From: Bdellovibrionota bacterium
GTDB lineage: Bacteria; Bdellovibrionota_G; JALEGL01; JAGRMV01
Length of the DNA stretch: 64,000 bases
NCBI GenBank assembly: GCA_041391405.1
Contig: JAWKOB010000002.1
Span: 38,082 to 102,081 of the forward strand
Direction of reading: 5' to 3'
The position numbers were made by a program, and so were the translations under genes. Positions within the stretch are counted from its first letter, which is position 1. Every line of letters starts with the position of its first letter. Shown here piece after piece: positions 1 to 9,999 of the stretch. The notes beneath the pieces were generated by a model. It worked only from the letters and a program-made list of their open reading frames with translations, did no database searches and was not told where the DNA came from.

Positions 1-561
1 GGAAGCCGATTCGGAACGATTTATCGTGATTCAGGTTGCTCTACGGCACACCTGATCGTTGTTTACATCACCGATGGAAGCAATGATCGTGAAGGGCAAC
101 CGATTTTGCCGGAAGCAATCGCATTCCGTGAAAATGAAAAAAGTCAGTGGTTTGTTCCAAGTCAGGAATACTATGTCACCCAGCCTCAAGGTGGAATCGA
201 TTGTCAGCAAGGCTTTGGTTCGAATGACGTCCGCGATGAAAAAACATTTTTGACAACTTCCACAGGCATTCAACGTAGAGTTCCTGGTGTGGTGGATTTC
301 AATACCAGTTTGGGAACACCTGGTGTTTCCAATCCGTATCGTATGTTAGATTCAGAATCTGAATCGATCGAATTGATCAAAGCTGCAGCGACAGAAAAAC
401 CAGTCGATGGAATGAACGCGTTTCAAACGTATGAATATGAGAAAGCGCTTGTTCAGTTGAATGAAGGTGCTCTTCCTCCAGAAGATCAGAAATGGCTCAA
501 GGACGAACTTGCCAAAGTTGATGAACATAAAACCGTTCTAAAGCAGGGTGCTGCAGGATAA
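1..561 (+). CDS. hypothetical protein, 5' partial (reading frame open from window start through the ORF listed at 106..561)
   Basis: Frame 1 has no stop from nt 1 to 561. No recognisable motif. Confidence 0.35.
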   Translation, partial: GSRFGTIYRDSGCSTAHLIVVYITDGSNDREGQPILPEAIAFRENEKSQWFVPSQEYYVTQPQGGIDCQQGFGSNDVRDEKTFLTTSTGIQRRVPGVVDFNTSLGTPGVSNPYRMLDSESESIELIKAAATEKPVDGMNAFQTYEYEKALVQLNEGALPPEDQKWLKDELAKVDEHKTVLKQGAAG

Positions 562-590
562 CTGATCAATTCAATCAGCTGGATCAAGCA

Positions 591-1949
591 ATGAAAAAAT
601 TCGCATCATTGGACGCTTCTTCTCCAGAGTATGCTTCCACTGCGGCTCAGATCGATGGATTGCTTAAAGCTCTGGGTGGAGCTCAAAACCTTACCGAAGC
701 TCAGAAAAAAGCCCTGGCCGATCAAACCAAGACTTACGAAGATCGCAAAGCAGCTGTTGTAGCGGCATCTGAAAAAGCAAATCGACCAATCAATCCTGAA
801 ACGATTGATTATACAAAAGATGGTGAAGTTACTGTGCCATCAAAGCTCCATGTTCTCCTCAAGGATTTGGGTTTTGGATTCACTGATGAAGGACAACCTT
901 TCGAAGCTACGGCCTTGACAGATGTCGTGACTGACAAAAAGGGGAAAAAGAAAACCGTTGAAGGAACAAAGAATATTTCCCCAGAAGAAGTTGATCAAAT
1001 TTTGGAACAACTTGCTAAAAAACTAGAGGGTGGAAGCTTAACTCCTGAAAAGTTAGCGATTGTGCAACGAGTTTTGGAAGGATTAAAAGATGCAAAAGGT
1101 GTTGATCAGCAAAAAATCGAAGATTTTTTGGTACAGCATGATGAGCAGCTTCATCCAATGAACGTGAAGTGGACCCCAGAACAATTGGCGGCATTGGCGA
1201 ATTTGGATTCAGACGCTTCTAAAGCAAAACCAGGATTGACCGAAGATATGAAAAAATGGTCCAAAGGTTTTCCTGATCAGGCTACCGCTGATTCAGCGAA
1301 AAAAACTGCATTGGAAAAAGTTGAAAGATCGCTTCTGATTCCCAAAGATGATTTTTCGACTCAGGAACGTGAAGCCGTTGTTGATGAGCTCAAGAAAACT
1401 GGTTTTGTGAATGAAGACAAAGCGGAAGAGTTGAAAGCTAAAATTGGAGCACGTGGGGCCTTTGTGGACGCTCAAGGAAATTATCATCCTGAGTATGCAT
1501 TTCTGATTACTTTGGTAAAGGCATCTCGCCCGGACGGATCGAAGTTCTCAGCATTCAAATTTAATTCCACTATTAATTTTGAGACCGGAAGCGCAAAAGT
1601 TGATGCCAATGGTGAAAATGTCATCAATGGTTTTTTGAACTTCGTCAAAACAGTCAAAGAGACTGGAAATATTACGGACACTTATTTTAGAATCGAAGCG
1701 TTTACAGACGCAACCGGTTCTAAGGAAAAAAACCAACAGGTTTCTAATAGTCGTGCACAGTCAGTTAAAAAGCACATCGTAGAAAAAACCCAAACACCTG
1801 AAGAAAATATTATCGCCGTAGGTAAGGGAATTGACCCTGAGGCACTCAATGGACCAAAAGTAAGGGGAAAATATCAACCTGATGTTCGATTCCGTCGTGT
1901 GGAAATCACATTCAGCTCAGAGCCATTCACGCCCAAAGTACCTTCGTAA
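591..1949 (+). CDS. OmpA-family protein (long helical N-terminal region, OmpA_C-like peptidoglycan-binding C-terminus)
   Basis: C-terminus 'FRIEAFTDATGSKEKNQQVSNSRAQSVKKHIV...VRFRRVEITF' matches the OmpA C-terminal domain pattern (TD..GS...N..LS..RA..V...L, NRRVEI). Confidence 0.65.
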   Translation: MKKFASLDASSPEYASTAAQIDGLLKALGGAQNLTEAQKKALADQTKTYEDRKAAVVAASEKANRPINPETIDYTKDGEVTVPSKLHVLLKDLGFGFTDEGQPFEATALTDVVTDKKGKKKTVEGTKNISPEEVDQILEQLAKKLEGGSLTPEKLAIVQRVLEGLKDAKGVDQQKIEDFLVQHDEQLHPMNVKWTPEQLAALANLDSDASKAKPGLTEDMKKWSKGFPDQATADSAKKTALEKVERSLLIPKDDFSTQEREAVVDELKKTGFVNEDKAEELKAKIGARGAFVDAQGNYHPEYAFLITLVKASRPDGSKFSAFKFNSTINFETGSAKVDANGENVINGFLNFVKTVKETGNITDTYFRIEAFTDATGSKEKNQQVSNSRAQSVKKHIVEKTQTPEENIIAVGKGIDPEALNGPKVRGKYQPDVRFRRVEITFSSEPFTPKVPS

Positions 1950-1987
1950 TCTTTGCCAGGGCAGGTGAGTTTGATACACCCTCAAGC

Positions 1988-2545
1988 ATGGCACGCGTAG
2001 AATCAAAAATGGTGGATTTGGGCTCTGAAGCGCCCGATTTTTTTCTCCCGGAAGTCCGCAACAATGAAAAAATCGGACTCTATGATGTTTTGGGTGGGCA
2101 TGGTCTTTTGGTCATGTTTATTTCCAGACATTGCCCATTTGTTCAACACATCAAAAAGCAAATCACGAATCTAGCTTCTGAATACCTGGAAAAGGGAGTT
2201 CGATTCGTTGCCATTTCTTCCAATGATGTGGCGAATTATCCCGATGATCATCCCAAGAAATTGGCCGAAATGGCGGAGGAAGAAGGTTGGAAATTTCCAT
2301 TTCTTTTCGATGAATCTCAAGACGTTGCAAGATCATATGAAGCAATGTGTACGCCTGATTTTTTCTCTACGATAAAAAAAGCCCGCTTGGTTTATCGTGG
2401 TCAGTTGGATGGAAGTCGACCTGGGAATGATGTGCCTTGTGATGGACGTGATTTACGTGTAGCGATGGAAGCTTTGATCAAAGGTCACAAAATCAACCTA
2501 GATCAGAAACCAAGTATCGGCTGCAACATCAAGTGGAAAGACTAG
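1988..2545 (+). CDS. thioredoxin-fold protein, AhpC/TSA-redoxin-like
   Basis: 185 aa, 'GSEAPDFFLP...', 'HCPFV' motif and later Cys residues. Resembles the redoxin superfamily. Confidence 0.5.
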   Translation: MARVESKMVDLGSEAPDFFLPEVRNNEKIGLYDVLGGHGLLVMFISRHCPFVQHIKKQITNLASEYLEKGVRFVAISSNDVANYPDDHPKKLAEMAEEEGWKFPFLFDESQDVARSYEAMCTPDFFSTIKKARLVYRGQLDGSRPGNDVPCDGRDLRVAMEALIKGHKINLDQKPSIGCNIKWKD

Positions 2546-4073
2546 GATTATTTACTTGCGCGGACGGCGCGTTTGTCGGCCCACGTTTGATCTCTTTGAT
2601 TTGTTCCGCCATGGTTGTTGAGAGTGGAACGGTTTTTGAAATTTCTTTGTATAAATCCAAATCATTGAATTTTCGTTTTTGGCTGAACGCAGTGAACATG
2701 CCAGAAGCAACTACTTGTTCGATTTCAGCGCCCGAAAAACCGTTGGTGGCTTTGGCCAATTCCACCAGTTTGAATTTCACCGGATCGTGATTTCTTTTCG
2801 AAATATGAACTTTGAAAATTTCTGCACGTTCTTTTTCGTCTGGAAGATCCGTGAAGAAAATTTCATCGAAACGACCTTTACGCAGAAGTTCAGGTGGAAG
2901 TTGGTCGATTTGATTTGCGGTGGCTGCGACAAAAACCAAAGATTTCTTTTCCTGCATCCAGGTCAAAAAGGAAGAGAAGATGCGTGCCGTGACGCCTCCG
3001 TCTCCTTGATTGAATCCAGCTACACCCTTTTCAATTTCCTCGATCCAAAGGATGACCGGAGCAACAGCCTCGATGGTCATGAGAGCGCGACGCATGGATT
3101 CTTCAGGGTTGCCAACAACACCGCCATAAATTTTGGTCATATCTAGACGCATCAATGGCAAACGCCAGTATTGGCTGATGGCTTTCACGCAGGAAGATTT
3201 ACCGCAGCCGGCGATACCTGTGAGAAGAATGCCTTTGGGTGCGGAAAGACCGAACTTCTGAGCTTCCTTGGAGAAAAATCTGGCGCGTGCCAGCAACCAA
3301 TCTTTGAGATTTTCCAGACCACCGATTTCGCTCATGGAAAAATCGACATCGATATATTCCAGAATTCCATCTTTGCGAACAATGCGGGATTTTTCCTCGA
3401 TCACAACTTTCACGGCTTCGCGTGTGATGCTTTTTCTGCCGGAAAATGCATGAAGAAAAGCCAATCGAGCTTCGTCCCATGTAAGACCTGTGGCTGATTT
3501 CACGAAATCGTCCTTATCCTGATCAGAAAGTTCAATCGGGACACCTTTGATGGATTCAAGTGTCAAATTCAAAAGCTTTTCAAGTTCGGTCAGCGTCGGA
3601 AGGGGGAAATCCAAAATCGCGACTTCTTTGCTCATTTCATTTGGAACATAGGCGGTTGGTGAAGTCATGATGAGAGTTTTGAAGTTGTTTTTCAAAGCTT
3701 GGTAAACGTCACGAAGTTTGCGAACCAACTTAGGATTTTCTTTCAATTCTGAATAAAGATCTTTGAAAAGAAAAATCGCCGAGCCCTCGAATGTCATCAC
3801 ATAATCCAAAGCTTTGATGGCTTCATGCGTGTTATCGATTTTTTTATCGTTGTGTACCAAGCCATCCGTTGATGACCATGAAAAGAATTCCAGTGGAGTT
3901 TTGAATCCCACCTTACAAAGTTCAGCCAAAGTTTTGCCACAACGAAAATCTTCAAAGGTGACCACGTTGATCAATGAATATTTCGAAATAATGTGTTTGC
4001 GAATTTCTTCGGCAAACGTCGGCTTCGGATTGGTTTCTGGTGTTGCCGGAACGGCGGATTCTGGAAGGCTCAT
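2529..4073 (-). CDS. AAA+ family ATPase (single C-terminal AAA domain, unknown N-terminal domain)
   Basis: Walker A 'GILLTGIAGCGKS', sensor/arginine finger region 'ATANQIDQLPPELLRKGRFDE'. Confidence 0.8.
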   Translation of the reverse strand: MSLPESAVPATPETNPKPTFAEEIRKHIISKYSLINVVTFEDFRCGKTLAELCKVGFKTPLEFFSWSSTDGLVHNDKKIDNTHEAIKALDYVMTFEGSAIFLFKDLYSELKENPKLVRKLRDVYQALKNNFKTLIMTSPTAYVPNEMSKEVAILDFPLPTLTELEKLLNLTLESIKGVPIELSDQDKDDFVKSATGLTWDEARLAFLHAFSGRKSITREAVKVVIEEKSRIVRKDGILEYIDVDFSMSEIGGLENLKDWLLARARFFSKEAQKFGLSAPKGILLTGIAGCGKSSCVKAISQYWRLPLMRLDMTKIYGGVVGNPEESMRRALMTIEAVAPVILWIEEIEKGVAGFNQGDGGVTARIFSSFLTWMQEKKSLVFVAATANQIDQLPPELLRKGRFDEIFFTDLPDEKERAEIFKVHISKRNHDPVKFKLVELAKATNGFSGAEIEQVVASGMFTAFSQKRKFNDLDLYKEISKTVPLSTTMAEQIKEIKRGPTNAPSAQVNNPSLST

Positions 4074-4178
4074 TTGACTTTAATTGTAGCATAAGTACTT
4101 GGAATTCAAATAGATGGAAGGAAAGTTGCGAAAACAACGCGTCAAGTGATTCTGTATCGCGTCAAATCACTTTTCTGA

Positions 4179-4207
4179 TTGACCGAAACCAGGGCAAATA
4201 CTATAAA
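4179..4207 (+). promoter_or_regulatory. sigma70-like promoter for tRNA-Leu: TTGACC, 17-bp spacer, TATAAA
   Basis: TTGACC at 4179-4184, 17 nt, TATAAA at 4202-4207, mature tRNA 5' end at 4222. Confidence 0.5.
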
Positions 4208-4221
4208 CCTGCTTCCTCAAC

Positions 4222-4306
4222 GCTCAGGTGGTGGAACTGGTAGACACGTATGTTTGAGGGGCATATGCCGTAAGGTGTGGGGGTTCGAGTCCCCCCCTGA
4301 GCACCA
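4222..4306 (+). tRNA. tRNA-Leu, anticodon GAG, type II with long variable arm, CCA encoded
   Basis: Hand-folded. Acceptor GCTCAGG/CCTGAGC, D-arm with GG, anticodon stem TATGT/GCATA, loop TTGAGGG (U33, anticodon GAG, G37), long variable arm, T-arm GGGGG-TTCGAGT-CCCCC, discriminator A, CCA. Confidence 0.85.
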
Positions 4307-4335
4307 GCGAAGCTATTCAGCTATCCGAACAGAGA

Positions 4336-5361
4336 TCAGAATCGATATTTTGAAAAAATCTCAAAAGCCTTCAGCTGCATTTTGGAAAAGGGGAAGTTGG
4401 GTAATTCCTCTAAAGTGATCCATTTTTGATGCTTGGCAATGGAAGTGTTTTTTGTCGCTTGAGCGTGAAGTACTTCAATGTGCATGGTTCGATGGGTCAG
4501 CAGATGTTTAAATTTTCCGATTTTTTTTCCAATCGATCGAGTAATCGAAGATTTGAGATTCGACGGTTGTTGTTCAAACTCATCCGTCGGAAATTCCCAC
4601 ATGTTTGACCAGCGTCCATCTTCGGGTCTCTGCTGAATCAAAAGACATTTGTTTTTTGGGTGTTGAATCATCCAGGTTGTAGCAAAAATTTCTTTGACCT
4701 TGGCTTTTTTGGTCGCAGGTGGAAATTGTTCAACTTTTCCTGAAAGGTTGGCTTCGCAAATATCGCGTACAGGACAAATCAAACATTTCGGACTTTTGGG
4801 AACGCAGATGATTGCACCGAGTTCCATCAAACTTTGTGTCCAATCCGAAGGGGTGTCAACTTGAGCGGCTTCAAGTGCAATCGGTTCAACGGGGGCATGC
4901 GTTGCAAATATTCTGGAGAGTACGCGTTTCACATTGCCGTCTACAGCGGGTGCGCACTCATTGAATGCGATGGATGCCACAGCGCCAGATGTGTAGGGGC
5001 CAAAACCTGGAAGTTTGGAAAGCTCAGCGCTGCTGGGTGGAAGCTGCCCGTTGTAATTGGCTGAAACTTCCTTTGCTGCTTTGTGAATGAGCTTGGCGCG
5101 TCTGTAGTATCCAAGACCTTGCCAAACTTTGAGTACTTCGTGTTCCGAAGCTTTGGCCAAATCATCCACAGTCGGAAAGGTTGAAAGAAATTTTTCGTAG
5201 TAAGGTATGGCGGTATCCACACGGGTTTGTTGAAGCATGATTTCAGAAACCCAGATGAAATACGAATTTTTGGTTTTACGCCAAGGAAGCTCTCTTTTGT
5301 TGGCGCGATACCAATTCAAAAGAAGCTTTTGTAGGTTTTTTATGCGATCAGCTTGATTCAA
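4336..5361 (-). CDS. mutY: A/G-specific adenine DNA glycosylase MutY
   Basis: HhH-GPD N-terminal region 'ELPWRKT...SEIMLQQTRV', 4Fe-4S Cys cluster (C..C..C....C) and NUDIX-like C-terminal domain. 341 aa. Confidence 0.9.
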   Translation of the reverse strand: MNQADRIKNLQKLLLNWYRANKRELPWRKTKNSYFIWVSEIMLQQTRVDTAIPYYEKFLSTFPTVDDLAKASEHEVLKVWQGLGYYRRAKLIHKAAKEVSANYNGQLPPSSAELSKLPGFGPYTSGAVASIAFNECAPAVDGNVKRVLSRIFATHAPVEPIALEAAQVDTPSDWTQSLMELGAIICVPKSPKCLICPVRDICEANLSGKVEQFPPATKKAKVKEIFATTWMIQHPKNKCLLIQQRPEDGRWSNMWEFPTDEFEQQPSNLKSSITRSIGKKIGKFKHLLTHRTMHIEVLHAQATKNTSIAKHQKWITLEELPNFPFSKMQLKAFEIFSKYRF

Positions 5362-5363
5362 TC

Positions 5364-5780
5364 TTAATATGACGAAAGATTTTCAAGGACGAAACCAGAG
5401 ATGATCTTGGAGACGTTCTGTTCGATTTGAATGAAAGATATGGCCATTACGGTAGGCGAATCATGCGTGATCGCTTCGGTGATACGAACCACACGTGCCA
5501 AAGCTTGAACGGGAATGTCATGGCCGGGTAATGTGAATTCAACGTTGAATTCGTCTCTTACGTTCATTGGAAAGTTGGTGAGCAGAAGCATTCCGGAAAA
5601 ACTGATGTTGCAAGCCTCAGCCCAACCATGAATGGGGGAGCCTTTGTGAGTGACTTGAACTGGAAAAGAGACTTTTAAACGTTTTGCGCGAATTTTACGG
5701 TCGGTGTTGTACAATGGATTTTCTTCTTGTTTGACCGCCTCAAGTCTTTCTTTGGCGGTTTCTTGGATGGCTTTGCGCAT
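5364..5780 (-). CDS. PilZ domain protein (c-di-GMP binding)
   Basis: 'RKIRAKRLKVSFPV' (RxxxR) and 'NISFSGMLL' ((D/N)xSxxG) motifs. 138 aa. Confidence 0.7.
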   Translation of the reverse strand: MRKAIQETAKERLEAVKQEENPLYNTDRKIRAKRLKVSFPVQVTHKGSPIHGWAEACNISFSGMLLLTNFPMNVRDEFNVEFTLPGHDIPVQALARVVRITEAITHDSPTVMAISFIQIEQNVSKIISGFVLENLSSY

Positions 5781-5852
5781 GACTACTTCTACCTCGTTTA
5801 TGAGGACTTACACAAGCGGCAAAATCATAAAAATAGGATTAACCCTTGAAAT

Positions 5853-6602
5853 CTAGATCACAGACTTGCCAAATCGCTTAAAACGAATGCTGGGAATGGC
5901 AAAGTTGTCGGAAAAGCGGATCCATGGATTGACTGAATCCAGAGATAGCCAAATGAACATGGCCCTTCCGCGGACGTTTGAAATCGGCAGAAATCCAAAA
6001 ACACGACTGTCGCCGGAGTTATCGCGATTGTCTCCCATCATGAAAAGATGGCCAGGAGGAACGGTAACTTCTGGAAAGTTTTCTGCAAGTCGGGAAAACT
6101 CCATGATGGTATGTTCCAATCCTTCAAGATTTTCCTTGTAAACGGTTGCTGCATCTCGAACAGCTGGTTGAGGATAATCCGAAAGAAGGGTTGGGTCGTT
6201 GAATTCTTTGCGATCCATCATTTTGCCATTGATGAACAAGCGATCGTTTTTGATTTCGATTTTGTCTCCCGGTACACCAATGACGCGTTTGATGTAATCC
6301 AATTTTCTTTGACGAGGTTCAATAAAAACGATCACATCGCCACGTTCGGGCGGGGAAAAATTCACGATATTGTAGTTGGTGAATGGAATTTTGATTCCAT
6401 AGGAGAGCTTGCTCACGAAAATAAAGTCACCGATTTTTAAAGTCGGAATCATCGAGCCTGATGGAATTTTGTAAGGAGAGGCGATTGAAGAACGGAAAAC
6501 CAGTGCAAGGAAAATGGCAAGAAGAATTGATTTAAATGATTCAGACTTCGTTTCTTTTTTTGGAGCTTCCGATGAAGCCTCTTTTTTTTTGAATTTAAAC
6601 AT
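5853..6602 (-). CDS. lepB: signal peptidase I
   Basis: 'SGSMIPTLKIGDFIFV', 'GDNRDNSGDSR', 'VRGRA' motifs, N-terminal TM. Confidence 0.9.
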   Translation of the reverse strand: MFKFKKKEASSEAPKKETKSESFKSILLAIFLALVFRSSIASPYKIPSGSMIPTLKIGDFIFVSKLSYGIKIPFTNYNIVNFSPPERGDVIVFIEPRQRKLDYIKRVIGVPGDKIEIKNDRLFINGKMMDRKEFNDPTLLSDYPQPAVRDAATVYKENLEGLEHTIMEFSRLAENFPEVTVPPGHLFMMGDNRDNSGDSRVFGFLPISNVRGRAMFIWLSLDSVNPWIRFSDNFAIPSIRFKRFGKSVI

Positions 6603-7260
6603 AACCTTCTGCTGCCGTTTTTTGAATGTATAGGGGCTCTACCGAAAAAACATCCTCGAATTGTTGGCGGGAGTATCTCCGAAGAGCGATTTCACAAAGG
6701 GTTTTACCACAGATGGGGCTTGATTTCGAGTTGATAATCTTGGCTCCCGAAGGCGCATGTGACGCCATTTCCAACGCAGGCACCATTTTGGGTTCAGAAG
6801 TCAATCTTAGCTCGCCATCCGTATTTTCATAGCTGGCGATGTAAACGAAATCTTTGCGAGCTTCCAAAGTAGGTGCGACTTTTCCTGTGTGAGCGTGCGC
6901 CATGGCTTCCAATGTCGGAATTCCAATCAAAGGTTTGCTTAGTGAAAATGCCAAGGCTTTCATGGTTCCCAAGCAAATGCGGACGCCTGTGAAAGATCCG
7001 GGGCCGCTTGTGGTGGCGAAAGAATCTACATTTTGGAGCGTCAGATTGTTTTTTCGCAAGCATGCATCGATAAATCCGAGAACATGTTTGGACTGATGCT
7101 GATCCGTTTTAAACGTTTCGTCGCATAGAATTTCATTCCCACGGCATATTCCGACCACGATATTTGAAGTCGAGGTGTCAATGGCGAGAATAACGGGCTT
7201 CATGGTTTTAATTGAAGAGTGCTTTGATCTTGTCGACGAAGAAGCGGTTGATGTCCACAT
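6595..7260 (-). CDS. tsaB: tRNA threonylcarbamoyladenosine biosynthesis protein TsaB (YeaZ)
   Basis: 'ILAIDTSTS...VVGI' ASKHA fold N-terminus. 221 aa. Confidence 0.8.
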   Translation of the reverse strand: MWTSTASSSTRSKHSSIKTMKPVILAIDTSTSNIVVGICRGNEILCDETFKTDQHQSKHVLGFIDACLRKNNLTLQNVDSFATTSGPGSFTGVRICLGTMKALAFSLSKPLIGIPTLEAMAHAHTGKVAPTLEARKDFVYIASYENTDGELRLTSEPKMVPALEMASHAPSGAKIINSKSSPICGKTLCEIALRRYSRQQFEDVFSVEPLYIQKTAAEGYV

Positions 7261-8830
7261 AGAACACCAAAACCATGAGTGCCATCAGCATATAAAATCC
7301 AACTTGCGTGGCCATTTGACGAACTTTCAAGCGGACCGGAGATCCTTTGATCACTTCAATTACGTAAAAGAATAGATGCCCGCCGTCCAACACCGGAATC
7401 GGAAGGATATTGAGTGCAGCCAATGTGATGCTCAAGATCGCCATCAATCGGAAAAATGCGTTCCATCCACCTGACTCGTAGGATGTGCTAGCCATTGCAA
7501 AGATCGAGATGGGGCCGCCAAGACTGTTGACACCCAGTTTGCCAGACGCAAGCTTACCCAAACCAACGAAGGTCTGAACAGTGAGGTTCCATGTCTCCAT
7601 AAATCCCTTTTGGATCGCCGTGAAAACGTTGGTGTATCTTTGCATGTGGTAATCGATCGGGTGGTTGATAGATTCGGAAATCACACCCAATTGACGGACC
7701 TTTTTGGTTTCGTTGGTCATTTCATTGCGTTGACGAACTTCGGCAGGGGCCACTTCCATCGTGATGGTTTTCCCATCACGAATTACGCCAAGATTGATTT
7801 TTTCACCATTGTTCTTTTGAATTGCATCTCTGAAATCTGCCCAATATTGCAATTTGGTTCCATTGATGGATTCGATTTTATCTCCAGATTTGAGACCGGT
7901 TTCTGCTGCGATGGATTTTTCCATGACTTTGTTGATGAAAAGTTCTCCGCGTTCAATTCCTGCAGAATCTGGAGTTTTTGCTTTTGCGCTGATCGTGAAC
8001 GTTTCAGTTTTTCCTTTGCGATCCACGACGATGGTTTTTTCACCCTTGGTTTGAAATTCACGGTCCAATTGCCACCAGTACATGACGGGTGTTCCGTTGA
8101 CGCTTTTGATGATATCGCCAGTGCGGAAACCTTTGGTGTAGGCTTCGGAGGAAAGGTTCGAAACGCCAATCAGGGGTTGATAAGCAATCATGTCGATGCC
8201 GATTTTTCCGGCTTGGACGCTTTCTCCGAATTCGTTTCGATCTTCATCGAGTTTTGGTGTGACGGCAATGGTTTGCGTTTGTCCCTCACGTTCAATGACA
8301 AGTTTTGTTTCCTGATTGGCGCGGGATTGGATGATTTTTGTGAGATCGGTCCACATGTTCACAGACTGGTCTTGAACGCTGATAACCTTATCACCCGCTT
8401 TCAAACCTGCTTGTTCAGCCACTGATCCAGGAACAACCGTTCCGATACGCGCGGAAGGGGTTGGAAGACCGACCAAGAAAAGAACTGTAAACAAAATGAT
8501 CGGTAGCACGAAATTGGCGGTTGGTCCCATGATCACAATGGCGATTCGCTTCCATACGTTTTGCTGCGCGAATGAGCGCGGGTCAGTGGACATTTCGGAT
8601 TCATGTTCGGGAAGTTCTTCTCCGCGCATTTTCACATAACCACCAAGAGGAAAAGCACACAGTGCGTATTCGGTTTCGCCCCATTTTTTCTTCAAAAGGG
8701 CAGGTCCAAATCCGATGGCAAAACGTTCAACATACACATTGCAAAGTTTTGCGACTGTGAAGTGGCCGAGCTCATGGATGAACACAAGCATGCCGAATAG
8801 AAAGATTGGAATAAATACGTTTGTAAACAT
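7208..8830 (-). CDS. rseP: RIP zinc metalloprotease RseP (site-2 protease) with multiple PDZ domains
   Basis: 'HELGHF' near N-terminus, PDZ repeats, C-terminal TM with LDGG motif. Confidence 0.9.
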   Translation of the reverse strand: MFTNVFIPIFLFGMLVFIHELGHFTVAKLCNVYVERFAIGFGPALLKKKWGETEYALCAFPLGGYVKMRGEELPEHESEMSTDPRSFAQQNVWKRIAIVIMGPTANFVLPIILFTVLFLVGLPTPSARIGTVVPGSVAEQAGLKAGDKVISVQDQSVNMWTDLTKIIQSRANQETKLVIEREGQTQTIAVTPKLDEDRNEFGESVQAGKIGIDMIAYQPLIGVSNLSSEAYTKGFRTGDIIKSVNGTPVMYWWQLDREFQTKGEKTIVVDRKGKTETFTISAKAKTPDSAGIERGELFINKVMEKSIAAETGLKSGDKIESINGTKLQYWADFRDAIQKNNGEKINLGVIRDGKTITMEVAPAEVRQRNEMTNETKKVRQLGVISESINHPIDYHMQRYTNVFTAIQKGFMETWNLTVQTFVGLGKLASGKLGVNSLGGPISIFAMASTSYESGGWNAFFRLMAILSITLAALNILPIPVLDGGHLFFYVIEVIKGSPVRLKVRQMATQVGFYMLMALMVLVFYVDINRFFVDKIKALFN

Positions 8831-8832
8831 GA

Positions 8833-9999
8833 TTACCTCGATTTTTTACTGATCCAGTTTTGAGCTTCTTTTCTTCCCCATTGATCCGCTGCCAAATAAT
8901 CTTCGAGGGAAGTGGCGGATGTTTGTTGATAAGAATCCAGCACGCGCTTGTTGATATCAACGATGTCTGTGAAACCGATTTTATCATGAAGGAAGGCATC
9001 TACGGTAGCTTCATTTGCACCATTGAGAACGGCTGGAAATGTTTCTCCCATTTCAATCGATTGGCGCGCCAAATTCAAAGCTGGAAAACGTTCATGATCG
9101 GGTTTGTAGAAATTCAAATTCTGCATTTTGTCCAAAGATAAGGACGGAAGGACGCCGTTCAAGCGGTTTGGATATCCCATGGCGTACGCAATCGGTCCGA
9201 CCATGTCATGGTCGCCCAGCTGCGCGATGATGGAGCCATCCACGTATTCAACCATCGAATGGACGATGGATTGCGGATGAATCACAACATCGATTTTGGA
9301 AATTGGAGTATCAAAAAGCCATTTGGCTTCGATGACTTCCAAACCTTTGTTCATCAAAGTAGCCGAGTCGATCGTGATTTTTGCGCCCATGCTCCAGTTC
9401 GGATGTTTCAGCGCCTGTTCTTTTTTGACCGTGGAAAGGTCCAGATCTTTTTTCAAATAGAAAGGTCCGCCAGAGGCCGTCAGGATCAAGCGACGCACTT
9501 CCTTCATTGGAGCCCCAGCCAGAGATTGAAAAATCGCGCTGTGTTCGCTGTCCACGGGCAAGATGGTTACACCTTTATCCTGGGCTTTTTTCGATACATA
9601 AGCCCCAGCCACAACCATGGATTCTTTGTTGGCCAAACCGACATTTTTTCCCGCTTCAATCGCGGCGATGGTTGGTAAAAGACCTGCAGAACCTACAATT
9701 GACGACATCACAGTTTTGACTTCTGGCAAAGAGGCGACTTGCTTAGCGCCTTCAACGCCGAAACCAACGTCAGGCAGTTTTGTGGTACCCAATTTTTCTT
9801 TCAATTTGGGAAGTTCATTTTCAGATTTGATGGATACAAATTGAGGTGAAAACTTTTTGATCTGATCCGCCAGCACGTCCATGTTGTTTCCGGCGGCTAG
9901 TCCCACCACTTCAAATTGATCTTTGAATTCATCCACGACTTTTAAGATCGAAGTTCCCACTGAGCCAGTGGAACCGAGAATGGAAATTTTATGCTTCAT
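8833..9999 (-). CDS. dxr: 1-deoxy-D-xylulose 5-phosphate reductoisomerase
   Basis: 'ILGSTGSVGTS' NADPH motif, full-length 388 aa. Confidence 0.9.
   Translation of the reverse strand: MKHKISILGSTGSVGTSILKVVDEFKDQFEVVGLAAGNNMDVLADQIKKFSPQFVSIKSENELPKLKEKLGTTKLPDVGFGVEGAKQVASLPEVKTVMSSIVGSAGLLPTIAAIEAGKNVGLANKESMVVAGAYVSKKAQDKGVTILPVDSEHSAIFQSLAGAPMKEVRRLILTASGGPFYLKKDLDLSTVKKEQALKHPNWSMGAKITIDSATLMNKGLEVIEAKWLFDTPISKIDVVIHPQSIVHSMVEYVDGSIIAQLGDHDMVGPIAYAMGYPNRLNGVLPSLSLDKMQNLNFYKPDHERFPALNLARQSIEMGETFPAVLNGANEATVDAFLHDKIGFTDIVDINKRVLDSYQQTSATSLEDYLAADQWGRKEAQNWISKKSR

Noticed and set aside
7610-8425. 271-aa plus-strand ORF inside rseP
   Set aside because: Antisense shadow ORF of a well-supported gene. 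Composition-driven. The same applies to 52529..53443 (in nrdJ), 40338..41327 (in pyk), 34193..34876 (in ispG), 36619..37302 (in rsmB-like), 24653..25201 (in lapB), 43143..43679 (in dsbD), 19176..19628 (in asnS), 59891..60502 (in GGDEF gene), 37906..38541 (in LOG gene), 12766..13206 (in rpsB).
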